A stretch of DNA of 63,969 nucleotides from Octopus bimaculoides (taxonomy: Eukaryota). Position numbers and translations under genes: made by a program. This document shows positions 1-15,039 of this stretch, piece by piece (position 1 is the stretch's first letter; each line of letters opens with the position of its first letter). The DNA lies in assembly GCF_001194135.2 (NCBI RefSeq), contig NC_068987.1, positions 13,631,646-13,695,614 on the forward strand, written 5' to 3'. A model generated the notes under the pieces. The model did not search any database. It saw only the letters and a list, made by a program, of their open reading frames with translations, and was not told where the DNA came from.

Positions 1-2175
1 ATATATATACACACACACACGATATAGTCAAGTAAATTTTATTATTTTGTAATTACATACACAAACATAAAATTATTTTTTAAAAAAGCGAAAATGAAAA
101 TAACAGTTATAGACGTTATAATATTGCTACAATAACTCTATAACATTGTAATGCTCAAGGCATGACATAATCTCAGATCAAACCATTTCCCAAACAACAG
201 AAATTCAAGAACTTTTAATATAAATAAGACTGGGTGGGTGAGGAGGATAACACAGCATTTGTATTAGTTGCTGGGGGCACACTTTATTGATTGTGTGCGT
301 ATGCATAGCCTCTTCTTTCTCAAATGAGTATGTCTACCTGATTTTAACTGAAGTTTTAATCTCTACAGTATGTCACATGTTCCGCAGATTAGTTGTGAGC
401 TGGTTAGCAAGCACTCCAGTCAGACTGCTTCTAATTTCCAACATAGAAAACAAGCATATCTTGATTGGAACCGTTTTCAACATGAATTCATGCAAATTCA
501 GTAAACTATAAACCAGTCATGGACAAACTGCAGCCCATTTCTGAATGGCGTACCCAACATAAAAAAAAAAAAACTACCTTTAATTTTTTTAATAGTTTGG
601 CTCACCTGAAGATGAACCATGTTTTAAGCACCTGCTTCTTGAAGAAGGTTTCCTTGTGCCCTTCATTTTTAATGCAACTGATATTTAACATTGTACCCAT
701 GCAAACACTAAATTAAAGCAAAAAAGAGCAACAACAACAAAAAACCCAGCAGACCCTCTAACAAACCTAGAACCATATACCTTTAGGTAGCAGTAGGGGT
801 TAGGTGTTTATTTTTTATCTTTTATTTATCAAATCAATGATTACATGAATATAATCTATAAAAATTGATGTTAAAAAATGTTATCCCTTAATTCACATAT
901 TTTATACATTTACCTATTTTACACATTGGACTGTGGATATGCTGGGATATTCAAGGTTTTTAATTGATCCTAGCAACAACCAGTACTTATTTCAGTCTAG
1001 TACTTATTTTATCAATCTCTGTTTGTTGAGTGGCTCAGATACAAAAAAACACACCTGAGTACATTGGCTTATACCTTGGGGGGGAGTAGTCTTGCGATCT
1101 GCTGGCAGCCTCACTAATGCTGGTAGCACTAAAAAGCACCCAGTGCACATTGTAAAGTGGCTGACATTAGGAAGGGCATCCATCTGTAGAAACCATATCA
1201 ATGCAGACAATGGAACACATGCAGTCTTTGAGTTCATTGGATCTTGTCAAAGTACCCAACCCATGCCAGCACGGAATGTGCTGCAGAGTTTCCATCAACT
1301 AAAGTTCACACATGTGATATCAATCAACCCAAGACACTTGCCCAAAGTGCTATGCAATAGGATGAAACCCAAAGTCATGTGGCTTGAAAGCAACCCTCTT
1401 AACTACGCAGTTAAGCCTACACTTACAGGTAAGTCTAACTCAACAACTATATTAACAACACATAACAATTACACCTAACCAGATTATCTACGTGCAGAAG
1501 ATTATTATTTGTTATTCTCAAAAATGCAAATTTTTATATAACTAGAGTTTTAACTTCAGTAATGACTATGAAATTATCTCTTTGAAAAATCATAATTGTA
1601 TGAGTTTAATGTATTTAAATGTTTCACAGAATCAAAGTTATATTCCCATTAAAAACATGAATTAAAAGAAAAGGAAAAAAGAAAGAAAAAAATCAGATAC
1701 TCTCATAGATTCAAAAATAAACCTTTGTGTATGATTTATTTCTTGGAGTAACATTTTAGAAAATTCATTTCTATACAAGAGCAATCACATCGAGACAGAT
1801 ATAAAAGATAAAAATAATAAAAAGAATGCATTAGTTATAATCCATTAATGTGGAAATATTAGTTAATCATACTGTCTGATATGAATACAGAAAATGTTAA
1901 TACAGCTGTTAAATTAGAATATTAAACCAGTTGATATCACATAACTAAGCTTGGTGAATTCTGGAGACAGATATATCGACGAAGAATAGAAGCAGAAAAA
2001 AGAGAAGACTGCTCAGTTGCAACTATTCCAATATTGACACAAAACAAATGATATTCTGACGTGGGGGATTTTTCAGTTGATTTTTGTGAAAATTATGCAC
2101 TTAGTTTATACATAATAATCTTAGAGAATTATTGAGAGAATATTCCAAGTAATAAATATGTAACTGAAAGAAGTA

Positions 2176-2715
2176 CCATATTTTCCGGTCTATAAAATAG
2201 ATTGGTATTTAAGCTGCAGGACTGAATTTGGAGGAAAATTTTGGTTTTATCCACACATGAAGCGCACCAGTGTTTAAAAGACCTTTAAGCGCTACAGGTC
2301 CGTAGCTAGCTTTTTTGTTGTTGATGGGTATGTAGTTTCAAAAATACCTTATTTTACAACTATGAGAGGTATTGTTATTGTTATGATTTTATCTCACTAT
2401 AATCAACAAACACATACATCACTATCAAAGTCTTTATTAGATTAAAAATAACATTATCAAAACATGAAGGTAAAACAAAACAAATATGCTTTGTTTTCTT
2501 CTGGGCACCAATGTACTGTAGCAGTAGTCTTTTACGTTGTTCACCGACCAACCTTTCCTCTGAAAAATATCAGTGGAATCATTCGATCTCCATACACAAA
2601 TTATTTTCCTCCAGAAACTTATAAAAAATACACAAACTAGGTACACCTTTCCATAAGCTGCACACTTAATTTCCCAGGTAAAAAAAAATAACGGCTTATA
2701 CACCAAAAAATACGG
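2176..2715. mobile_element. pogo/Tc2-like (Tc1-mariner superfamily) non-autonomous MITE
   Basis: Left end TA|CCATATTTTCCGGTCTATAA; reverse complement of right end TA|CCGTATTTTTTGGTGTATAA. Imperfect TIRs with TA on both sides (2174-2175, 2716-2717). Confidence 0.8.
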
Positions 2716-5700
2716 TATACAAAGTTTATTTATAAAACGATCTATATTTCTGTATGTACAAATCTATGAATGCTATTACAACTTTTTTGGAAATATGCAA
2801 ATAATTGCTATAAAGGAATAATTTGAAATTAACAGAGCCAGAGAAAGAGAGACAGCATTCAGTTCACTGGTAGAATAAATTGTACTACAACTGCAACCAA
2901 CAACAACTCATTTTCAATTTTCTGTTACTATATTTTGCAAATTCAACATATGCAGACAAATGGCTGCTTGCATAATCCTCTCTGGATCAAATGCTTAAAT
3001 TAAGATAGGCTAAGAACCAGAATACAATTGTTATTTAAATATAAAACATTTAACAAATATTTAAACGCTGCCAATATAGTACATAGAAGGATTAAAAGAG
3101 TAGACAACCAAAGACAAAAACAAAATCTTGATAGCAATTAGATCCAATAAAACTCCTTGCTCATAGAATGAAGTTATTTCTTTGAGGCTAGGATGCAACC
3201 AACAGATTATATCTGATGGTTGTTTATGAAAAGAATTTTTCCTCTTAATAAAAGCAAGAAATTCATACTGAAGTTTATTGCATTAATACTAAAGGGTAAA
3301 CCTACAAGAATTCAGAAATTAAAGATTGAATTGTCTACAACATGAATTCTCAACAAAATATTCTTTATATAAATGTTTATATAAAGAAATTGGCATATTC
3401 AATCATTTGATATCTATTGATTGCTACACTGTGTAAGAAGTATATAAGATAATTAAACAAACTTACAGGAAAATAAGGAACTTTATATTGCAAAGTATAG
3501 ATATATTCTAGTTTTCAGAATATATGCATATATGGACATTTAGATTATCAAACTGATATGAAAGTAACAGAATAATTAACATGTGCACACTAGTCTCATG
3601 AAATTTCATCCAAATATTATTATAAATTTAGTGTAGGATAATTAGTTAAAGTTCCAAGTGATGACCATCCAATGCTATAACCAATTGTTCTGTAATATAC
3701 CAGTTATTACTAAGAGATAGAGACATGAAGATAGAATTTAGTTATTATTGCTCCTGACCAATCAGACATGATAGAACAGATCAAATGACTTTCATCTGTA
3801 GCCATCTCCAATCTTCTTTTGGACACCCACAAATGAACCTCCTGTGAAGGTATACATCAACCAGTCAATGGATCACACTGGATGTCACTGATGAGAACTA
3901 TTACAAGCATTGAATGATGAAGATTAACTGAAGGATCAGGATCATGGAAGTTCAAGCAAACACGACCTGATGGTGATGACAATAAAGGGAATACTATAAC
4001 TCAGACATTATCCAATGTGTCCTTTCTTTTCAAGTGGTAAAATTATGATTTGAGAGAAGGATGGTAGCAAGTCAAGAGACCCTGTGGAGACTTGCTCATT
4101 AACCTATGATTATTGCCTTTGTATGGCTTATCTTCTTAAACTCTTTCGCTTGTTTCAGTCATTGGACTGCAGTCATACTGGGGCACCACCTTAAAAGATT
4201 TAAATCTTTTTGTGTGCATAAATGCGTACCAGGTGTGGAAATATTAACTGCCACAGATTGACAGGTATTTGGTGGTGATGGAGGTCTCTCTTTTGTCTCT
4301 TTTATGCTAACAGACTGGAACTAAATGTTGACTAGTGATAAATTTCCACAATTATAAAAGACATATTTCTTTATCATTTTTATTTTCTCAAGCCTTAGGA
4401 CTCATAAGGCTGGTTGCCTGGTTTCCATGGCATATAATGTGATCAAGTTCAAGGCCAGCAATTTTTTAGGAGAGAAGAAAAAAACCAATATCAACTGATT
4501 CCAGCACTTGACTAGTACTATATTTTTATCAACCTCAAAGGGACAAAAAGCAAAGCTGACCTTGCAGGATCTGAACCCAGAATGTAGACAGCCAGAAGAA
4601 ATGCCACTAAGAAATGCCACATTTTGTTGAATGTACTAGAAATTCTGCCAACTCACTGCACTTATCTAATCTATTACTAATCTCTATTTTATCAATGTGA
4701 TGCTGCATTAAGCTGGATAGAATAAAATTGTACAGCATAAAAATTTAAAAAAATAAAAATAATAATAATAAATAAAAATCAGAAATGTATTATCACACTT
4801 CCTTTTCTCCCAGACAACTAACTGCAAACAAAAGATTTAAACATAAAACTGCACTCAATGCACATTAGTGCATTTTTTAAATTAGAATTATCCTTCAGTC
4901 TGAAATGTTTGCCAATTTCAGTTCTCGTATTTCTAGTATTTAAATTCGTAAGTAGATACATTAAGGCCGCTGTCAATATAGAACTGATAATATAAGATTG
5001 TAAGAGACTTTTATTACAAATATCAAACTACAAGCTAAATTTACTGGCACAAGTCCATCTCGGAGAATAAACTAAAACAGTAGATGACATCATAAGCAAA
5101 AAATAATTCATGAGTAAAAAGACTAATCTTGGCAGAAATTCAAGCAACAAATTTTTTTATCCAAAGTATGTAACCAGGCGGTGAAAGAACTGAAACGAGT
5201 TCCACTATCAGATCTTACACAATGAGTCTTTATAAGCTTATCTAATATGAAATTATACTTGTTTATACATTTAATTTATTTATCCGCCAGCTTTACTTAA
5301 CCAATCATAAAATACTTTCTGTCAAAATATATGCATGAATATAAATTAAGCTCTGTAATTTAAATACGCAAGCAGAATTTCTTTTGCTTTCCTAAGGAAA
5401 CATCAAGTTTATGAAAATAAATATAGATTACAAAAATAACAATTTCAAAATTAGTTAAGAAGAGAAACAAAAGCATATATTGTCTCAAACTCAAAATATC
5501 TAAATGCTCGAATAATGTCATTTATTAAAAAATAAATGTTGAAACAAATAAAATGATTAGCTAAAATATAGAAGGCAACAGCCAAAAGGTTCTAATGTTG
5601 AACAAAGGGTTTAATAAGTTAATGTGTACTTTACACTTTTTGAAACTCAACTAAATACAATACACAAAATTATTCTAAAACAAAACTACTCATTGCAGCG

Positions 5701-6317
5701 TTCACACAAGACCTTCATTTGTTTGAGCATGTGTACGCACAGTGCACATATACATTTAAAAATGCATGTTTACACATTGTGCACACATGCATTTAATAAT
5801 GCACTGCTAAATAATAGTGCAAGCAATCTATGAAATCCCTTTTCCTGGGTTGATATCGTTTAAAATTGAAGCTAACCTTATGGTATGTTATCATGAAGAA
5901 ATAACTAATGCAATATCAATTTATTTCACAAGCTGTAGTAATGTGAAAGCAATTTCCAATGCAATCTGTCACAAATTCTGCAATTATACATCATTGTAAC
6001 AACAGCTGCAACAAGTTATGGTTGTTTTGACAGTAAGAAAGACAGCTAAACTTTTAAAACATTTATATATACATGATTAAAAGATTCATTTACATTGTAA
6101 GACAATCTGTTAGGTGTTGAATTTGATAAGGAAAATATAAACATACACTGGCATAGTTTAATTATAATTTCAGAACATTTAATAAAAGATGCTTTGTGAG
6201 ACGAAACACTTCCATTTATGCTTCATATAATTTTACCCAGGAATAATTTATCAATCTTCAGCGTGGGCTAAAATTTCATTTCTTAAGTCACTATTATGTA
6301 AACTGTATCAGTATTTC

Positions 6318-6700
6318 TATCTTTTACTTCTTTCGATCATTGGACTGCAGCCATGCTGGCAAACCACCTTCAAGAGTTTAGTTGAACAAGTCAAAGCTGG
6401 TACTTATTTTAAATTAAGCACTTATTCTATTGGTCTTTTTTTTAAACAAAATGCTAAATTGAAGGGATGTAAACAAACCCACACCAACTGTCAACTGGTC
6501 ATGGGAGACAGGCATAAACACACACAAGCATATATAAAACAGGTTTCCACACAGTTTCTATCTATCAAATTCATTCACAAGCCATTGATCAGCTTGTGGG
6601 TATAGCAGAAGACACTTGCCCAAGGTTCCACACAGTGAGATTGAACCCAAAGCCATGCACTTACAAAGGAAACTTCTTATCCATACAGCCATACATGCAC
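6318..6700 (-). mobile_element. SINE family A, diverged
   Basis: TACTTCTTTCGATCATTGGACTGCAGCCATGCTGG ... GACACTTGCCCAAGG ... GATTGAACCC. Confidence 0.8.
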
Positions 6701-7229
6701 TCTAAGTTTATATACTTTTTAGTCAAACTTTTGTTGTTTATATAAATTTCTCTTTGACCAACAAATGCAACAAACAAACAAAACAAAAAACACAGATCCA
6801 ATTAGATTTCATCCATTACCAAAACTATCTCTTAGATGATGTTAGCCTCAGCACTGCCAATAATGCTAATCTTCAGTATTTTAATAAGCACTTCTTTCTG
6901 CTGGCATCACAAGACGAATTTACACAACAGCCTGTATCTCATTAAATTTACTTCCACATTGTCTTTAAGACCCGAGATTTGACCTCCGTTATAATCCACC
7001 CATGTATAATATTCCAATGTAAAAGGTGACTACTTCATCACATGACTAATATCTGCAACACCCAATGAATCTTATTTCACTCCCCCATCCTTTCAGATAT
7101 CAATTCACTACACTTTATTCCACCCACTTTGTACCCCCTAGAAGCTGTAATAATGGTAACGACAAACACAAAAGCAAATAAATAAGAAAAGTTATCTAAT
7201 TTCACCAAGCCCTCACAGTACACGATACA

Positions 7230-7420
7230 TAGTCTTCATCCGTCATGCTTCACTGCTTGTCTGAGAACATGACACAGCTGAAATCTTTGTCAGTCTTCCA
7301 AAGTTCCCTTACACCTCTTTATGCACCCAGTAATTGCACCCTCGACAAAGAACTGAATTCTTGTGAACATTCCTACATTCTCATCACAATAATTTCCTTT
7401 ACCATCTTCTAACTCTGGTA
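7230..7420 (-). mobile_element. Old RTE LINE relic (Cys-rich region)
   Basis: Minus-strand frame NSVLCRGCNYWVHKEV resembles the RTE motif NSIxCxxCxxWVHKRC; the flanks are purine-rich and degenerate. Confidence 0.55.
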
Positions 7421-7829
7421 CTACTCACTAGGGTGCTGTAAAGGATACCATTTACCCATTTATACTTCGTACTATATTCCTAAGGCTGCCCCTCCTCCCT
7501 GACTCACTCTTATTTCCTTACTTCACTTCCCCTCCCCACAAACCGATGTTCACTGCATCCACCTCAATCTCCATTTCCAATCATTCATCACACTTTCCAC
7601 ACGCTAGTGCACTTACCTACTCACCCACCTTTTCTGTCCCTCTCTCCCTATTCTCTATCTCATATTCACTTTCTGCCTTGACCTCATCTATCTCTCCCTC
7701 ATCTCCTCTTTCCAAAGGAGGACATTATGTATTCACCTCTTCAGTGAGACACCTGATCCAGCCCCTCTACCATACTTTGACATCCTTCAGTACTATACCC
7801 CACTCAGTTGAGTTGAGGTCCTGACTTTC

Positions 7830-8052
7830 ATGCGTACATGGTAACTTTACCAGTGTTGTTACCACAAAAAAAAAAGCACCAAGTACACTCTGTAAAGTGG
7901 TTAGTGCTAGAAAGAGTGTCAAGCAGAAGAAACCATGTCCAAGCAGATGTGGGAACTTGGCACAGTCCTCTGATTCATCAGCCTTCTGGCTCACTAGTCC
8001 TCAGTCAAACCGTCCAACCCATGCCAGCATGGGAAGCGGACGTTAAACGATG
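7830..8052 (+). mobile_element. SINE family B fragment
   Basis: AAAAAGCACC...CCTCAGTCAAACCGTCCAACCCATGCCAGCATGGGAAGCGGACGTTAAACGATGA. Confidence 0.8.
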
Positions 8053-8269
8053 ACTTTCGTTACCATACTGCTATCAACATACTCTGCTTTTGTTTCAACT
8101 GATTTTGAACATAACGAAGACTTCAATAAAATAACTGTCATAATTAAGCTGGTATTTGTAACGTAAATTGACAAGATGCTTGGAAGGTTTCAATTTAGAT
8201 CACTTTAAAACCAAAAGTTTGTATTCTGGAATCAAAGGCTCTCAGGCAGGTTGGTATCAAAAGGGTTAA
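8053..8269. mobile_element. TTAA-flanked MITE family 2
   Basis: Ends GGTATCAAAAGGG|TTAA; internally similar to 55241-55454 (GTTTCAA...ATTAAGCT...GGAAG.TTTCAATT.AGATCA). Confidence 0.6.
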
Positions 8270-9058
8270 ACGACCAACTTATTTTTCATCATCACCATCA
8301 TCATTTAACACTCATCCTCCATGCATGCATGCGTAAGATAGTTCACAGGAACTGGCCAGGTAGAAAACTACCCTATGCTACATTGTCCATTTTGGCAGGG
8401 TTTTTATGGCTGGATGTCATTCCTAACACCAACTACTCTGCAGAGTGGACTGTGATTTTTACATGGCACTAGCACAGGTGAGGTTAGTTTTCACATGATT
8501 TTTACAGCTGGATACCTTCGAAATGCCAACCACTTTACAGTATGGACTGGATGCTTTTTATATGGCACCAGCACTGGCAGGGTTACCAAGTAACTTGCAA
8601 GACAAGGAATTATGAGAATGGCAGGGGCATTTGAGAAAGGGAACTTGTGTCAGAGGATGACAGGTTAGAGGGTGACAAAGAGACAGAGAGGCAGAAACAG
8701 GTGTCTTGCTATAACTGAATTTGAAACTAATGGGATTTAAAAATTAAAAGGTAATATACAGAACAGAGAAGCTTGGTAACAAGTCTGAGCATGTAACTAC
8801 TAGACATCAGACATCCATGTTTATCAAATTTGTAATATATTAAATTTTTTTTAGCTGCACATATTCAGACATTTTACTTTATTTGAACACTTCTGAGTAG
8901 TTGTCAGAAGTTGATATTTCACATATAATGTATTGATATATTAATAGAAAAGTTTAAAACTATTTTATTGATTCCATTCAATCTTTTCTTTGATTTTTAC
9001 CCAGGAAAAGAAAGTCACAGAGTAACACACAGATAATATTAAAATTTAAATAAAATCA

Positions 9059-9229
<171 letters not shown>

Positions 9230-11775
9230 CTATTGAAAAAAAAAAAGATAAATATTAGAATTATTTTTATCATTATTATTATTATTACTGATAAATGAAT
9301 TAGAGGTAAGTACTATTCAGCTGCAATGNNNNNNNNNNNNNNNNNNNNNNNNNNNNNNNNNNNNNNNNNNNNNNNNNNNNNNNNNNNNNNNNNNNNNNNN
9401 NNNNNNNNNNNNNNNNNNNNNNNNNNNNNNNNNNNNNNNNNNNNNNNNNNNNNNNNNNNNNNNNNNNNNNNNNNNNNNNNNNNNNNNNNNNNNNNNNNNN
9501 NNNNNNNNNNNNNNNNNNNNNNNNNNNNNNNNNNNNNNNNNNNNNNNNNNNNNNNNNNNNNNNNNNNNNNNNNNNNNNNNNNNNNNNNNNNNNNNNNNNN
9601 NNNNNNNNNNNNNNNNNNNNNNNNNNNNNNNNNNNNNNNNNNNNNNNNNNNNNNNNNNNNNNNNNNNNNNNNNNNNNNNNNNNNNNNNNNNNNNNNNNNN
9701 NNNNNNNNNNNNNNNNNNNNNNNNNNNNNNNNNNNNNNNNNNNNNNNNNNNNNNNNNNNNNNNNNNNNNNNNNNNNNNNNNNNNNNNNNNNNNNNNNNNN
9801 NNNNNNNNNNNNNNNNNNNNNNNNNNNNNNNNNNNNNNNNNNNNNNNNNNNNNNNNNNNNNNNNNNNNNNNNNNNNNNNNNNNNNNNNNNNNNNNNNNNN
9901 NNNNNNNNNNNNNNNNNNNNNNNNNNNNNNNNNNNNNNNNNNNNNNNNNNNNNNNNNNNNNNNNNNNNNNNNNNNNNNNNNNNNNNNNNNNNNNNNNNNN
10001 NNNNNNNNNNNNNNNNNNNNNNNNNNNNNNNNNNNNNNNNNNNNNNNNNNNGGGGGGGGTGCATTCAACTAAAAATTCTTCGTCTAGTGACTAAAAACTC
10101 TTCATGGCCACAATTTGATGACTGAAACAAGTTCACGATAAAAAGTAAAAGATGGTTACGGAGAACCAAAACAGTCTTTCTTCAGTTATCAACTCTCACT
10201 ATTGTTTCCATCACACCACATGAAAATATAGGTTGCATGTTTGTGAACAATGTTCATTAACTCAATGATTCAACCAAGTTTTAGCAAATTCTGAAGAGAT
10301 TTCTATGACTGTTATAAACATTTATATTACATTGCTAATTGTTTTTCTTTGGAGACTTGGTTTTAAACAAATGAAATCAGTTAAAATAACTACAAAACCT
10401 ATCAAATCTCATTCCGTGACTTTCGGAGTAATATTCCAATACCTTATATAGACTATCTACCAACAACAACAATTTTTTTTTTTTTCTATTCTTCCCAACA
10501 AAAGCACTGAAACATCTAGTCATAGACATAATATTTAATCACTTATTTTAGAATTTAATCACAAAGTAAATTAATTCCTAATCAATCAGTAATTTCCTCT
10601 TTGACAGATTAAATCTTTTATTCCTTGAAAGGAATGTGAGAGCTGATCTTACGCACAAGCATTAAAACCTGAATTAATACTGCTCTCTAAAACACCTTTA
10701 CAATTAACCTGCATTAATTAGTTAACATATTAGAAACTGATAATATGGGTTATGAAACGGACTTTTCTTTTTTAATTGAACAAAAGGATTATTGTCGTAA
10801 TTCACATAAAACAAAATGAAGGGCTCTCATAACAAAAAAATAAATTACATAAAAGAATAGTGAGAAAAAGGTTAATTAAAGTACAATTGGTTTTTCTCTA
10901 TTACAAATCTAATCCATTAATTATAACCACTAAAGTAAATATTATTAATGCAATTACTTTACTGTTGACAAATTTTCTCAGCAAAACTTGAGAGCACACC
11001 TATTTACCAGATAAACTGCTGTTCAGATAATTAAATGCTACATGTTTTATAAGAACTTAGAACAATTGACTGTTATAAGGAAATGCTAGCTTCTTACCAT
11101 TATTTGAGTAAAGAATAACATGCAAGTCTATAATGGAAGCAGTAGCTAATTTATCATATCTAGTGACCCTGTCTTCACTAAGGTACTTCAGTCAACTTTG
11201 CTTTTTATCCTCCTGAGGTACTAGTCCATGGATTGGTACGACAATGAGAAAGTCAGACTAAATGGCTTATGATATTTATTCTGGCTCTTTGCATTCTGAG
11301 TTCAAATCCCACCATGGCTTATTTGGATAGTAGGCTTAATCAATAATCTGATTCAATGTCACCACTTGGTATTTTGGGTAGTTAGTGTATCTTGGGTACA
11401 AGAATTCAGGTCAAGCCTCTGGTTTGAGGATAACTTACCCGCCCTGCCCCCTCACACACCCATGAGATTTGAAGATCTATAATGGGTCATGGGCTGTGCT
11501 TTGCCTCCTCGCTAAAGGTCAAAACTCAGACAACTGTAGTCTTAGTTGTAGAAAACAAACTTGACATACTGTTGTTTAGACATGGGTCAATTTCAATCAA
11601 GTTAATATAAAAGGTTTATGGGGCATATGTCATACCAGCCAGATTAAATCTGCTCGTACAGATTAATCCCATTTCCCCATAAAGAATAAAATTTACACTC
11701 ATTTTTATAGCATTACACACACATATATCTTTTACTTGTTTCAATCATTAGAATGAGGCCATGCTGGGAAATAAG

Positions 11776-11828
<53 letters not shown>

Positions 11829-14800
11829 TATCAAACAGTGACAATGGGTACTCAACACTGCATTGGTGGATAAATACTCCTTACTTGTGGCTTAACAAAG
11901 CTACCATTGGTTTCAAGCCGAGAGAAATCTCAGCAATTATCAAGCCTGCTACATGGGACATGTATACATATATAAACATATGTGTTTGTGCGTATTTGTG
12001 GACACATTCATTTACACAAAGCAAATGACTCAAAGTTTTTGCTATACAAGAAAACTAAAGGGTGACAACGTAATAATTTTCCTTGAATGAATAAATTCCA
12101 CTGAGCACTCTTTTTCTTTTGCCCATATAAATAGTGTGTGTGTGTTCAGGCTCTCATATATTCAAGTACTGAAACATTTTTTTTTTTTTTTAATGGAGAA
12201 TATTGATGCTCTGGTGAGAGATGAAAATTTAAGCTGAGTCACCTCCATGCAAAAAGGCTGATTACTAAGGATAGAGAACTTTGGCTTCTAGTAAGTTAAC
12301 TGTATTTTAAATAGTATATCTATTAAAGGGGCACTCCTTGTTTTCAGTAAAAAAAAAAAGTTTGAATACGTCTATTATAACCAGTGCAATATAAATAAGA
12401 TCTTGAAAATGCTTGCCAAGGCAAAAATAAGTTGGCATAAGTAGAAAACTGGATAACGTCTGAAACAAGATCTTGCTCTTTAATTTCACTCAATGTATAA
12501 TGTACATACATATATACAGATAATCTAGCAGCCTTTGTAGATGGTAAGCTGCAAAGCAATCATTATATAAAGTTACATTACTCAAGAACATTCTTTCATA
12601 AACATTTCTACAACTACTACTACTACTACTACTACTTTTTCTTCAATACAATTTGATTTCCAAATATGTAACCAAATAGTTGTAGGAATACAATAAGTTT
12701 ATTTACTCTTTTTTTTCTTTTTCAGAGATTCATTTGTAACTCATTAAAATCTTTATCGATTCACATTAATATTTCTTTTGATAACAATGAAATAAAAATT
12801 TTAAAAAAATAAAAAGAATGAATGTTATAGTTTTCCATTTCCNNNNNNNNNNNNNNNNNNNNNNNNNNNNNNNNNNNNNNNNNNNNNNNNNNNNNNNNNN
12901 NNNNNNNNNNNNNNNNNNNNNNNNNNNNNNNNNNNNNNNNNNNNNNNNNNNNNNNNNNNNNNNNNNNNNNNNNNNNNNNNNNNNNNNNNNNNNNNNNNNN
13001 NNNNNNNNNNNNNNNNNNNNNNNNNNNNNNNNNNNNNNNNNNNNNNCACACAAACAAAAAATGAAATGGATCTCAGTCAGAATTTCAAACAATGAGGTTT
13101 CAGTTATTTGATGACCAGAGCCACCTACTCATTGAATTAGTTATATAAGCGGGTGAGTATTGCAGAAGCTACCAAGCTATACTCACTCACAGCAGGCTAG
13201 ATCGAGACCTAGACAGTTTCTTTAGCAGATTCAAGTAGCCAGGTTGAAGATTGAAACTTTCACAAGGCTACATGATTCATTAATATTTTAATCATTTCAG
13301 ATAACAAAAGATATTTATGAAGATAATTTCTTTATTGATAGTTAATGGCTTTTAGATCAGTGCCAGAGATTATAACATTGAAAATATTGTGAAGTTATTA
13401 CACTGCTAACACCCCCGAGAAAGGATAAACATCGTGGTCTCATTCTCCCTCCCTTTATAAATCCAAAGTCTCCTATGGAAAAAGAAAAAAAAAAAAATCA
13501 ATAACTCAGTAGTTATGAAGTAACTTAGAAATTCAATTGATAAATAACAGAGCTTGCTAATGTTGAACATCAGTTTATTAATTTTATTTTAAATCAATTT
13601 ATTAAAACTCAAATGGTTGTTTTTGAATATTACAGAAAACTAACAACAGTCATGGAAAAATACAGAAAAGAACTTATTTAACCAGATTTGATAATAGCCC
13701 ATTACTAATTTTACAAGAGCTTCCTCTGCTTTCAACAGGTCATTCACACCCACTTAGTTTCAAGAAACAATGTTCTANNNNNNNNNNACAGAGAAAGCAA
13801 CAAATATAAAAAAATTAAATAAAATAGCCAGAACTCAGAATTATGTTGAAATCAGAATTTCAATAAAAATGTTCCAAGTTAATATTGATAGGATTCACAT
13901 AGCAAAAGAGGCGTCTAAAATTTCCTTGTCGTCTTCAGTTTCAGGCCAGCTGTTAGATTTGCAATGATTTTAGCTGGCTTTCATCTTTAAAGAATTCAAT
14001 GCACCACTGATGTCTTTCATCGCATTTGTTATCGTATTCTGCACACACACACACACACACACTTTTCGGATGTACTTCACAATAATATTTCTCTAAATAG
14101 TAATTCATAAAGTACCAGATCAAAGAGAATGTTTTATTCAACCAAAAGCATTGTTCTAACCCCCAAAAGGGCTTTAAATCTTCAAACAACAAAACTTCCC
14201 AACAACTAGGTGTAACATAATCAACATTATTTCAACTATCTGAAAAAAAGGAACCAGGAGATAATTACAATAGGCAGTTTGACAAGTGTGAACGTCTCCT
14301 AAAGTAGTAACAGCAACAAATCTGAAAGCTTTTCCAGTGGAATTTGTCAACATTTGATTGGTTCGACTTTCATATGAAATTTTGATCATTTAAAAGATGA
14401 CATGACTAACAACCATTAATTGCTAATTCCTATCTAGGAATAATAATGAAAAATAAGCCATGGCGATGTCCACAAAAACATGACAGGACAAGTTAATCAT
14501 GTGAATGGAAAATAAGAATTAAATTCGGGAAACAGCAAAAGAAAAAAAAAATACCAAAATAAAACACCAGAAATGAAAATGTATATAATCTTTACTATTG
14601 AAACCTGTTGTTCCCTTCCACCTCCTCTCTGCCTCTCCTCATCACCTCTGGTGAAGTTAATGTCATCATCATCAATGTCTTTATTATCATCCTTATTAAT
14701 TGCTCTATATTTGTTTTTTGTTTTTTTTTCTCATTGTATAACCCCCCAATTCAGTCCTAATTGAATAGTCCTCAAATCAAAAGAGTTCCAACCATGACCA

Positions 14801-14970
14801 TCCCTATATCTTTTACCAGGGATGTGGAGTCGGAAACGATTAAGGAGTAGCTGGAGTCAGAGTCGGTAAAATAGACCACAATCACTTAATTACATAGAGA
14901 AGTTGGAGGTACCAATAGTAGAAGAGTCAGAATCAAAGTTTTGTTTCAACGCTACAGCCCTGTCTTTTAG

Positions 14971-15028
<58 letters not shown>

Positions 15029-15039
15029 GCATGGATATA

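Noticed and set aside
9300-10072. Long X-filled ORFs here and over the other N gaps
   Set aside because: Artefacts of translating N runs.
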